Below, piece by piece: positions 9,732 through 18,586 of a stretch of DNA of 64,000 bases. The DNA comes from an uncultured Desulfurococcales archaeon (GTDB taxonomy: Archaea; Thermoproteota; Thermoprotei_A; EX4484-217-1): NCBI GenBank assembly GCA_964526225.1, contig CAZGLL010000004.1:3455-67454 (forward strand). Reading direction: 5' to 3'. Numbering within the stretch: position 1 is the first letter of the stretch; every line of letters starts with the position of its first letter. The translations under genes were made by a program, and so were the position numbers. The notes beneath the pieces were generated by a model. That model saw only the letters and a program-made list of their open reading frames with translations, was not told where the DNA came from and did no database searches.

Positions 9732-10708
9732 AGAATAGTAGCTTTAGCTCCAGAATTTCTAACTTCAGTTATGTATCCGAAAAAGTCAAAATCAAAAGCC
9801 TCTATAGCTTTTAAAAGTATGTTTCTAGCTCTTCTATAGCCCTTAACTAAACAGTATGCTGTCGGACCCCAGCTACTTTGCCCATATCCTTCACAGCCTA
9901 ATTTACTAAAAATGTTCACTACGGTTTCTGTTTCTTCACAACAAAATATTCCGCCTTGATATTTCGAAAAATACTTGCCAACAATTAGTTGAAGTTTAGT
10001 TAAAGCTTTACCAAATAACGTTATATCTTTCTCTACAATTGAGGGTATTATTTTCTCTAGGAGAATTTCGTAAAGTTCACGTTGCAAACTTCTAGGAGGT
10101 ATCGGTGGTTTGCTGAGAATACTTTCTTCTTCTATTTCTGAAAGACCTCTTCTCCTAATTGGAGTTATAACTAAAAACTTCCAGCTCTTTGGAATATTAG
10201 CTCTAAAAATTACAGCTGGAATATCGTTTGGAGTAGTAGGTTTTCTAAGAATCCCGTTTGTGGGCTTTTTCCTTCCCGAATCAACAATAAAACCTCCTCT
10301 TTCGAATGCTGCAATACCTATACCTGATACATCACCTCTACCTAAAATTGACGCTAAATCTCTTATTCCGATATTTAGTTTTAAGAGCTTCTTGAAAGCC
10401 AAAGCTACGGCTAAAAGTGTTTGCGTTGTTGACCCGAGTCCGACATGTTTTGGTAGAATTTTTTCGAATACTACAGAATATCCTTTAACACCTAGTTTTC
10501 TAGCAACATCACTAACTAGTTTTCCATAGTACTCACTATTTATGGGCGATTCTACATTTATTCCCTTTTGAAGTGAAGCTTTAAGAACAAGTTCTGGTTG
10601 CTTTATTGCTACACCTATGCTTCCATAGACTCTGTTTTCGCTTACAAAATTATAGAATCCTAAATGTAGCCTAGCTGAAGTTACAACCTCTACGATTGCT
10701 TTAGCCAT
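9722..10708 (-). CDS. GHMP-kinase-fold protein, beta-ribofuranosylaminobenzene 5'-phosphate (beta-RFAP) synthase-like
   Basis: 328 aa with a GHMP-kinase glycine-rich loop (GRGDVSGIGIAAFERGGFIVDSG). The size and the pterin-operon context fit the archaeal RFAP-synthase family. Family-level inference only. Confidence 0.55.
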   Translation of the reverse strand: MAKAIVEVVTSARLHLGFYNFVSENRVYGSIGVAIKQPELVLKASLQKGINVESPINSEYYGKLVSDVARKLGVKGYSVVFEKILPKHVGLGSTTQTLLAVALAFKKLLKLNIGIRDLASILGRGDVSGIGIAAFERGGFIVDSGRKKPTNGILRKPTTPNDIPAVIFRANIPKSWKFLVITPIRRRGLSEIEEESILSKPPIPPRSLQRELYEILLEKIIPSIVEKDITLFGKALTKLQLIVGKYFSKYQGGIFCCEETETVVNIFSKLGCEGYGQSSWGPTAYCLVKGYRRARNILLKAIEAFDFDFFGYITEVRNSGAKATILYV

Positions 10709-10725
10709 GCTACTCCAACCCTATT

Positions 10726-12306
10726 TTAAAAAGGTATTTTTCTTTTGCGAAAGAGCGTTCTTTCTTGGACATAGTTTTTACCTATTATCAAGGCCTCCTC
10801 AGCTTTAGAAAGCTCTATTCCAAGATAGAATGCGTGTGAAAGCGTTGAGACAAGATTTCTCCTTAAAATTTCATCTCTAATTTCTCTGGCTGTTTTCCCT
10901 CTAATCAATATTTTCCCCTTTCTCCCTATATATAGGGCTTCGATAACTTCATCTTCATGGTTGACTCTAATTTTAAACACACCTAAGGGATCTAGTTCAT
11001 ATTCTTTTTCGCTCTTCTGCGCTTCAACAATTTCCGCTCCTTCAACATCTAGAGGGGTTTCAATCCTCCTTTTATCTTTAAGTATCAACAGATCTATTCC
11101 AAGATCTTTTGGCGGAGAGTTTTTAATCCAAGCTAAAGAGGCCATACGTGCTGCAATGGACGCTTCATAGGTTGATCCTTGTGCTTTACAGCTTTTTTCG
11201 ACAACAAGCACTAAACTTACACCTATTTCTGCAGCTAACATTACAAGTAATGCGTTTGAACCTACAGTATCTGCATCTAAAAGCTCTACAACATTACCTA
11301 TACCAATAAGCATAGGTATTTTCGGATATTTCTTCTTAAAGATATAGTACGCTAGAAGGGATTGAAATGAGCTTTTAGAGTTTATAGGGTCAAGTATCGG
11401 ATCAGCAATTATCTTTTCAACATTATGTTGTAATGCTTTACCGATATTTTCTTCTAAGAGCTTAAATTTTTCCTCAGCAGTTTTAGGTTGTACTGGGAGT
11501 TTTGAATCATAAGCTATAATTACGACAGGGATTTCAGTGACATATTTAGCTACTTTTCCAATATTACTTGCTTCAAGGCTCATAACCATGTCTGCTCCAG
11601 CTTCAACAGCAGCTATTATTTCGCTGGGAATTATCGAATCTACGGCTATAGGCACTGAAAGTTCCTTTTTAAGAAATCTAATGGTTTCTCTAACCTTTTC
11701 AGCATGTGATATTCCTGCTTCAAAACCTATGCTTAAAATGTCTGCTCCTTCATTAACGAGCTTCCCTGCTTTCTTAAGAAGTTTATCTCGTGATAATAAG
11801 TGAGCTTCAGTTATTTCGGCAATAACCCTTATAGGCGGTGGTGTTGCAGGAACAATAACATTACCTACGATTAAATGTGGTTTTTCAACAATAGATTTTT
11901 CCAATTCCTCTAAGAGCTTCCTATTTGAATTCAAAATTTCTTCTTCAATAAGTTCGTCAGCGGGTTTATCGGGTGATAGCTTGTTTAAGTCCTTCAACGA
12001 AAATATTGCTGGTATATCTGTTGCTTGAAGTGTGCCTTTAACGGCCTTTATACCTACTGTTTCCTCTATTACTTTCGCTGAACCTGTAGAAGCTCCAGGA
12101 ATAAGTATCAAATCGTAATCTCCCTTTTTAACACCAACCTTCTTCAAATAGTTAGCTATAAGCTCTGTTGTCGCTAATGCTGCAACCGCTATAGGTAATT
12201 CCAGAACATCTACTTGGTAAGGTCCTGCTACCGATTCAATAGCCTTTCTAACAACTGGTGCTGCAAGTTTACCTGTAACTACTAAGATTTTCAAAGCAGG
12301 GCACAC
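10726..12306 (-). CDS. Archaeal dihydropteroate synthase-related protein (central pterin-binding DHPS-like domain)
   Basis: 526 aa. The central region (ADILSIGFEAG...VPIAVDSIIPSEIIAAVEAGADMVMSLEAS) resembles the N-terminal half of DHPS (pterin-binding TIM barrel). This is the ~500-aa archaeal-only DHPS-related architecture. Confidence 0.6.
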   Translation of the reverse strand: MCPALKILVVTGKLAAPVVRKAIESVAGPYQVDVLELPIAVAALATTELIANYLKKVGVKKGDYDLILIPGASTGSAKVIEETVGIKAVKGTLQATDIPAIFSLKDLNKLSPDKPADELIEEEILNSNRKLLEELEKSIVEKPHLIVGNVIVPATPPPIRVIAEITEAHLLSRDKLLKKAGKLVNEGADILSIGFEAGISHAEKVRETIRFLKKELSVPIAVDSIIPSEIIAAVEAGADMVMSLEASNIGKVAKYVTEIPVVIIAYDSKLPVQPKTAEEKFKLLEENIGKALQHNVEKIIADPILDPINSKSSFQSLLAYYIFKKKYPKIPMLIGIGNVVELLDADTVGSNALLVMLAAEIGVSLVLVVEKSCKAQGSTYEASIAARMASLAWIKNSPPKDLGIDLLILKDKRRIETPLDVEGAEIVEAQKSEKEYELDPLGVFKIRVNHEDEVIEALYIGRKGKILIRGKTAREIRDEILRRNLVSTLSHAFYLGIELSKAEEALIIGKNYVQERTLFRKRKIPF

Positions 12307-12356
12307 TCACGATATATCCTATGACTATCGAAAACTACTAGTTTATTTTATTTTCC

Positions 12357-13142
12357 CTACTGAATAATATTTTCTACTTCGAAATAGTCTAGATGTTTAA
12401 CATTAAAATTTTTAATACGGCTCTTACCTAGTGTAAATACCTTATTTACAGCTACTTTCGCAATGAGCTCCTTAGCTATTTGGAACTTCTTCTTCTTGGT
12501 CTCCCACGCTTTTATGTTATGTTTAAGCCAGGGTTTAGAGTATTTTCCAACGATTTCGCCAAAATCCATTGCTACTAAGAATATTTTTGATGCACTAAAT
12601 TTTAACGCTAAAAATAGAGCTCTATCGCCATCAGTGAATCCGCCATAGTTTTCAACGCACCCTTCAGGTTCTAGCTGAGTAGTGTAAATACTGTAGGGAA
12701 AAAGTTTACCTAAATACTTCCTTAACGCTGAAATATTATCCCCATGAGCATGAATGACCATTACTGCCCCATTAAATGCTGCTTTAAATAACGCTTCGAA
12801 ATCTCCATCTAAGTCTGTAACTACAATGTCAGGATATATTCCGTAATCTATTAGAGCTTTTGTTGCGCCGTCAACGCTTACTATTGTTATTTTAGATTTT
12901 CTTTTAAAGAGTATTTCTCTTAAACCTTCAATATCGTCCTCTAGTGTTGGTGAAGCGCCGAAAATAAATATGTTTCTTCGATGGATTTTTTGAAAGATTT
13001 TTCTAAAATTGGTTCTTGTAAATGAACAATTTATTTTCGCTGCTACAAAGCTTCTCGCTCTTAGATCGTCTAACGTATTTACATTAATTATTCTTTTAAC
13101 TACTAAGTAGTAATCGAAAATAGCTTCTCTGTTTAAAAGCAT
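12357..13142 (-). CDS. MptE-like 6-hydroxymethyl-7,8-dihydropterin pyrophosphokinase (DUF115 family)
   Basis: 261 aa with the DUF115/MptE-type motifs IFIFGASPTLEDD and DIVVTDLDGD. It is co-directional with the DHPS-related and RFAP-synthase-like genes. Confidence 0.55.
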   Translation of the reverse strand: MLLNREAIFDYYLVVKRIINVNTLDDLRARSFVAAKINCSFTRTNFRKIFQKIHRRNIFIFGASPTLEDDIEGLREILFKRKSKITIVSVDGATKALIDYGIYPDIVVTDLDGDFEALFKAAFNGAVMVIHAHGDNISALRKYLGKLFPYSIYTTQLEPEGCVENYGGFTDGDRALFLALKFSASKIFLVAMDFGEIVGKYSKPWLKHNIKAWETKKKKFQIAKELIAKVAVNKVFTLGKSRIKNFNVKHLDYFEVENIIQ

Positions 13143-13222
13143 CTAGACACCCTTCAACCGAGAATACATCAGCTAAACTATTTAAGAGGTTTTATAGAAT
13201 TACCCTAAAAGGGCAAGCATCC

Positions 13223-14665
13223 TTGAATAAAAGCTTAGTGATATTAGGAGCCTTAGGTAGAATAGTGCTTGCCCTAGGGATGTTGCTTTTAGTACCTATA
13301 CCTATCGCTATGGTTTACGGCGAGTATACGTTAATAAAATACTTTCTATATCCCTCATCTATATCCCTCCTAATAGGTTTAGTTCTTACATTAGCAATTT
13401 CCTTGTCATTTAGGGATGTAGGGCTTTTTGAAGCAATGGCTATTTCTGCTTTAGGATGGATTATCGCTTCGATAATAGGTTCTATACCTTACATTTACAT
13501 TTTAAAAATGAGTCCTGTTGATGCGTTTTTCGAAACAATGTCAGGATTTACAACTACAGGTATGACTTTAATCAAAATTATTGAGGGTAAACCATACTCT
13601 ATTCTTTTCTGGAGAGCTTTTACCCAATGGATTGGTGGTGTGGGAATAATCCTCTTTTTTATAGTAATGTTCGCTGGTGGAGGTGCTCCAGGTCTCAGAA
13701 GACTATATATGGCTGAAGCAAGAGAGGAAAAGCTAACCGTTTCTACATGGCACACTGTTAAGTATATTTGGATAATATATTTCGCATATTCAGCACTATG
13801 TACGATAGCTCTATGGCTTGCCGGTATGAATCCTTACGAAGCAATTACGCATACGTTTACGGTTCTTTCAACGGGAGGGTTCTCTACAAGAACTGCAAGT
13901 ATAGCTGCTTTCAATAGCTTAACTATAGAGATAGTACTAATAGTTTTCATGATTATTGGGGGCATAAGCTTTTTAGCTCACTACACTTTGTTCACAAAGG
14001 GCTTGAGAAACTTTCTAAGACATTATGAAGTTAAGGCCATATTTTTAATAATAGGTTTATCTACTGCAGTAGTAACCTACGATTTAGTAATTCATGGAGT
14101 AGATGTTTTTAGAGCGTTAAGGGAATCCCTATTTCAAGTAGTTTCGATAATGACAACAACAGGATATACGACAATAGACATAAACGCTCTACCTCCATTA
14201 TCTAAAGCAGTAATAACCATTCTAATGTTCATAGGCGGCGGTGCCGGTTCAACAGCAGGGGCAATTAAGGTAGCTAGGATAGTTATTGCTCTTAAAGCTG
14301 TTAGTTACGAATTAAACAAACTATTACTACCAAGAGGCTCCGAGAAGCCCCTTAGAATAGGTTTTAGAGTTTTACAAGAAGAAGACGCCTTAAGAATAAC
14401 GTCATTCATAATAGCCTACTTAGTCTTTTATGTTGCAGGAGTTCTGATACTTACTTTTAGAGGGATAGATGTTTTCTCAGCTATGTCGGCAGTAGCTTCA
14501 GCTCAAGGTAATGTTGGTCCGGCATTCATCTCCCTATTTGACCTCGACGACGTTTCTAAACTGGTTTTAGCTTTAGAAATGTGGGTTGGTAGATTAGAAG
14601 TACTCCCGGTCCTAGCGCTTTTAAACTTTAAAGCTTGGAGAAGTGTTTTAGGGGGAACTAGCTAA
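13223..14665 (+). CDS. trkH: TrkH/KtrB-family potassium uptake transporter
   Basis: 480 aa polytopic membrane protein. It has repeated selectivity-filter-like segments (TTTGMT, STGGFS, MTTTGYTTI, GGGAGSTAGA). Confidence 0.88.
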   Translation: MNKSLVILGALGRIVLALGMLLLVPIPIAMVYGEYTLIKYFLYPSSISLLIGLVLTLAISLSFRDVGLFEAMAISALGWIIASIIGSIPYIYILKMSPVDAFFETMSGFTTTGMTLIKIIEGKPYSILFWRAFTQWIGGVGIILFFIVMFAGGGAPGLRRLYMAEAREEKLTVSTWHTVKYIWIIYFAYSALCTIALWLAGMNPYEAITHTFTVLSTGGFSTRTASIAAFNSLTIEIVLIVFMIIGGISFLAHYTLFTKGLRNFLRHYEVKAIFLIIGLSTAVVTYDLVIHGVDVFRALRESLFQVVSIMTTTGYTTIDINALPPLSKAVITILMFIGGGAGSTAGAIKVARIVIALKAVSYELNKLLLPRGSEKPLRIGFRVLQEEDALRITSFIIAYLVFYVAGVLILTFRGIDVFSAMSAVASAQGNVGPAFISLFDLDDVSKLVLALEMWVGRLEVLPVLALLNFKAWRSVLGGTS

Positions 14666-14673
14666 ACTATAGT

Positions 14674-15843
14674 GTGAAAGCGGAAATGGAAGGAATAGCT
14701 GATCTACCACTACATGAAGGACACGTACCTCTATGGCTACTTAGGCTTATGAGAAAACTAGCTAAGGCTATAGTTGAAATATTCATTTTAGAGTATGGTC
14801 CGGACAGACTTGTTGAAAGGCTGGCTGATCCATTATGGTTCCAAGCTTTCAATAATGTAATAGGTATGGACTGGGATAGTAGTGGATCAACAACAGTTAC
14901 CTTAGCCATGCTTAGATCTGTTCTTAACAATGGAGAATATGGTGTTTTAGTTTTAGGAGGTAAAGGCTCTAAAGCTAAGTCGGTGCCTGAAGAAATAAAC
15001 TATGCTGTAGAGAAGCTTAGCTTACCTAGTAGGCTAAGCGACAAGCTTAAGAAAGCCTCTAGATTAGTTGCTAAGGTTGATTCTGCTCTTGTTCAAGACG
15101 GCTACTCAATATATATTCATTCCCTCATAGTTTCTGAGAATGCTAAGTGGGCCATTGTACAGCAGGGAATGAATGTAAACTTGAAAATGGCGAGAAGATA
15201 TCATTGGCTTTCAGATAATTTAGAAAGCTATGTTAGAGAACCGCATAGCGGAATTCTCACGTTGAATATGGAAAAAGCTGTGCTAAACCTTGTGGATAGG
15301 AATGTTGAAGGTGCTCGAAAAACCATTGTTGATTTAGCTAAGGAAAGCCCGTCAGCAATAGTTAACATGTATAGGGATGCATTAAATGCGTTAAGAAAAC
15401 AAACCACACTTTACCCGGAAGCCTCAATAGTACGCGTAGATCCCGTTAAGAAACAGATATACTATGCTCCAATAACTTCAATAAACACTTTAGCTGAAAG
15501 AATAGCAAGAATTAAGGAGGTTTCACCTAGAAACCTAGAAGAGCTCTTATTAGTAAGAGGAGTTGGTGCTTCAACCATTAAAGCTCTCGCATTAATCTCA
15601 GATCTAATATTCAATGAACCACCCTCATATCGTGATCCAGCCAACTACATTTACGATCCATTTAGATACACTTTCGCCGTTGGGGGAAAGGATGGAGTAC
15701 CGTACCCGGTAAATAGGAAGGTTATGGAGGAAACCATTGTTACACTTGAAAACATAATTAAGGAGGCAAAAATCAGTCCTAAAGATAAAAGAAGAGCTTT
15801 AAATAGACTAAAATCGTTGAGGGCAATGGTTCATGAAAAATGA
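14674..15843 (+). CDS. Hypothetical protein with a helix-hairpin-helix segment (DUF763-like)
   Basis: 389 aa with an HhH-like motif LLLVRGVGASTIKALALISD. The family assignment is tentative. Confidence 0.35.
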   Translation: MKAEMEGIADLPLHEGHVPLWLLRLMRKLAKAIVEIFILEYGPDRLVERLADPLWFQAFNNVIGMDWDSSGSTTVTLAMLRSVLNNGEYGVLVLGGKGSKAKSVPEEINYAVEKLSLPSRLSDKLKKASRLVAKVDSALVQDGYSIYIHSLIVSENAKWAIVQQGMNVNLKMARRYHWLSDNLESYVREPHSGILTLNMEKAVLNLVDRNVEGARKTIVDLAKESPSAIVNMYRDALNALRKQTTLYPEASIVRVDPVKKQIYYAPITSINTLAERIARIKEVSPRNLEELLLVRGVGASTIKALALISDLIFNEPPSYRDPANYIYDPFRYTFAVGGKDGVPYPVNRKVMEETIVTLENIIKEAKISPKDKRRALNRLKSLRAMVHEK

Positions 15844-16486
15844 TATTTTTAGAACCCTTTTAGATCTAGGCTTCTCCGAAGACACTTTCTCAGAGGTAAT
15901 TGCTGTAACAAGGTTTGAAAATATGTGGAACTGTTCCCCACTTGGTGTAAAACTTAATTCAGAGAACAAAACATTGCACTTCTATGTTTATGAAGGAGCA
16001 AGAATACTTAGCTTCCTTAGTAAACGAAACCTATTTACGCTAAATGTTGTTAACGAGTATTCGGCTTTTTTAAATTGCATTTTCAAAAGAAATATTGAAA
16101 ATGAAATACGAAAAATAACCAATACATTGGGATATTTGAGAATAGCTGATGCTTATATTGTATGTGAAAATAGCTTACCTATAAAGGTTAGTAAAGATAA
16201 GTACTTGGTCAATGCGTTTGCTAAAGAAATAGTTATTCTTAGAAACAAGCCTAGAGCATTTAATAGGGTATTGCCAGCAGTAATCGAAGCATTAATATGC
16301 TACACAAAGATTAAACCTTATAGTAAAGTGTATGGTTTCTCATCAGTATTGGAGCTTCTGGAAAGAATAAGGTACTGTAAAGATATAGTGGATCATGCGA
16401 CATCGAATTCTGAAGCTAAAAGAGCGATTGATTTCATTTATGAGGAAGCAGTTAAGCTTGCAAATAACCTAAGGGAGGATAGATAA
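15833..16486 (+). CDS. Hypothetical protein
   Basis: 217 aa. It overlaps the previous gene by 11 nt and ends 3 nt before the CitG-like gene, indicating an operon. No motif was recognised. Confidence 0.35.
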   Translation: MKNDIFRTLLDLGFSEDTFSEVIAVTRFENMWNCSPLGVKLNSENKTLHFYVYEGARILSFLSKRNLFTLNVVNEYSAFLNCIFKRNIENEIRKITNTLGYLRIADAYIVCENSLPIKVSKDKYLVNAFAKEIVILRNKPRAFNRVLPAVIEALICYTKIKPYSKVYGFSSVLELLERIRYCKDIVDHATSNSEAKRAIDFIYEEAVKLANNLREDR

Positions 16487-16489
16487 TAC

Positions 16490-17437
16490 ATGTACATGAG
16501 CACCATAGAGCGGCTATTAACATCTTCAGTAGCCGCTCTAATACTTGAAGTTGTAGCTACACCTAAACCTGGGAACGTACATAGGTACCATAGTTATGAA
16601 GATATGGGATTAGAGCATTTCATAGTTTCATCTTCGGCATCAATATGGTGTTTTCGCAAGCTCCTAATAGCCACATTAAATAGTGGCTTACGTAGGGAAA
16701 CTTATGTTCCAGGTATTGGTGAAACAATACTGTGTTGTGTGAGGAACTCTAAAAAGTGGCATAGAGGAGGAAATGTAAACCTAGGTACTTCAACAATACT
16801 TTCAATATTATTACCCTCAATACTACTTACTGAAATAATTCATAACAAAGTGATCATGGAGGACCTTTCATTTACAGCTAAAAGTGTTGTTAAAAACACC
16901 ACTGTTGATGATGCTGTAAAATACTATGAAGCAATAAGAACTGCTTCTCCAAGATATTTAGGTAGAGTAAATAATGCTCCAATACCTGACGTTTACGATG
17001 AAAATTTTGAACATAAAATAAGAAGTAATAAAGTCACATTATACGATGTTTTAAAGTATGCATCATCCGAAGATATAGTTTCTAGAACTTGCGTTAACGG
17101 GCTAAAGGAAATCATCGAAGGCTATAACTATTTAAAAACGTTCTTCAGAAGGTATGGTGATATAAATAATGCAATAGTTCTTACCTATCTTAAACTTCTA
17201 AGTAAGTATGATGATTTCATAGTTTTAAGAAAGCATGGAAGAAAAGTAAGCTCATATGTGAAGAATAGAGCTTCCGAAATCGTTAAGTTAATAGAGGAGG
17301 ACTTCGATAGAGGCTTTAGTGCACTTAAACGGTTCGATAATGAACTTTTCATTAGAAAAATTAATCCGGGAAGCATCGCTGATATAACAGCGGTATCAAT
17401 AACTTTGGCATTATTCATGAATGAAGTAAAGGTGTAA
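16490..17437 (+). CDS. CitG/MdcB-family protein (triphosphoribosyl-dephospho-CoA synthase homolog)
   Basis: 315 aa. The N-terminal ATPKPGNVHR matches the CitG (L)TPKPGLVD signature. Confidence 0.6.
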   Translation: MYMSTIERLLTSSVAALILEVVATPKPGNVHRYHSYEDMGLEHFIVSSSASIWCFRKLLIATLNSGLRRETYVPGIGETILCCVRNSKKWHRGGNVNLGTSTILSILLPSILLTEIIHNKVIMEDLSFTAKSVVKNTTVDDAVKYYEAIRTASPRYLGRVNNAPIPDVYDENFEHKIRSNKVTLYDVLKYASSEDIVSRTCVNGLKEIIEGYNYLKTFFRRYGDINNAIVLTYLKLLSKYDDFIVLRKHGRKVSSYVKNRASEIVKLIEEDFDRGFSALKRFDNELFIRKINPGSIADITAVSITLALFMNEVKV

Positions 17438-17454
17438 GGTGGGGTTTAGATTAA

Positions 17455-18537
17455 TTGAATATTAGAGCTATAACGTTAATGGTAGGAGAGATATATGGAA
17501 AAGATATTCATGAAGCAGAAAGCATAGTGGAAAACGTTGTTTCGAAATTTATAGTGCTATTGGATGAGTTAAAGAAAAAATTTAAAGTATGGACAATAAG
17601 GCTTTCTTTACCATATGTAAACCCCAATATAAAGGATGTTGAAAAGTACGCTAGCGTATTTGAGAATATTGCGGAAAAGTATTCAATAGATTTTGTTTCA
17701 TCACTTCACTTTAGATCAAATGATAGTAGAATATGGAGCATACCAGGTGCTTTACTTAATAATGAGAAAACCTTTGGAAGCATTGTATTGAAAGGATACG
17801 ATGATTTATTACCTATTGCTAAAATATTTGAAAACCTTAACGAAGATAATGGATATAAATTAGTGGCTATTTGGGGAGAAACGTTAACACCATACTTTCC
17901 AGCGTCAAGAGCTCCAATAGGTTCAAACGGGATAACATATACACCATTTATTGTTGAAGAATATTTAGCATTTAAAGATGTTGAACATGCTGAAGAAAAA
18001 ATTGCCACTAAACTCTTCCAAGTAAACTCCCAAATTGAAAATTTAGCGGAAAAATACAGTCTTAAATTCTTTGGTGTAGACGTTTCACCCAGTCCATGGA
18101 TGGATATAAGTGTTGCTAAAGTTATAGAACGTCTTGGAGGAGTACGTTTTGGAGAATACGGAACTCTATATGGGGTGTGGTTGTTAAGCAAGTCTATCAG
18201 CAATATTACGTTAAAATTACAGAGTAAAACAACAGGTTTCAATGAGATAATGCTTCCGGTTGCTGAAGATAATGTGTTAAAGGAGAGAGCTATTGAGGGA
18301 ACATATAGTGTAAAAGATTTAGTTCAATACTCTTTCGCATGCGTTTATGGTTTGGACATGGTTCCTATAGCTAAACCTGTAGGATACCGAAAAATAATGA
18401 GAATACTTTACGATTTAAAAGTTGCAAGCGAAGTTAAAAAGAAACCTGTAGGTTTTAGAATAATCCCAGTAAACGCAGAACCTGGCTCAATTATTGACCT
18501 TGGATTTTTCGGCCATACTCCAGTGTTCAAACTTTAG
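17455..18537 (+). CDS. Hypothetical protein, last gene of the CitG-like operon
   Basis: 360 aa with coding-like composition. The 178-aa antisense ORF at 17706..18242 is Ser/Leu-rich and is rejected. Confidence 0.4.
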   Translation: MNIRAITLMVGEIYGKDIHEAESIVENVVSKFIVLLDELKKKFKVWTIRLSLPYVNPNIKDVEKYASVFENIAEKYSIDFVSSLHFRSNDSRIWSIPGALLNNEKTFGSIVLKGYDDLLPIAKIFENLNEDNGYKLVAIWGETLTPYFPASRAPIGSNGITYTPFIVEEYLAFKDVEHAEEKIATKLFQVNSQIENLAEKYSLKFFGVDVSPSPWMDISVAKVIERLGGVRFGEYGTLYGVWLLSKSISNITLKLQSKTTGFNEIMLPVAEDNVLKERAIEGTYSVKDLVQYSFACVYGLDMVPIAKPVGYRKIMRILYDLKVASEVKKKPVGFRIIPVNAEPGSIIDLGFFGHTPVFKL

Positions 18538-18586
18538 CATTGAATGATAATCTTTAATTAATAAAAGTCGTAGTTATTGTTTCTAG

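Noticed and set aside
17706-18242. 178-aa ORF antisense to the 360-aa gene at 17455..18537
   Set aside because: Ser/Leu/Pro-rich composition typical of an antisense frame of an AT-rich gene. The sense ORF is longer, operon-coupled and has balanced composition.
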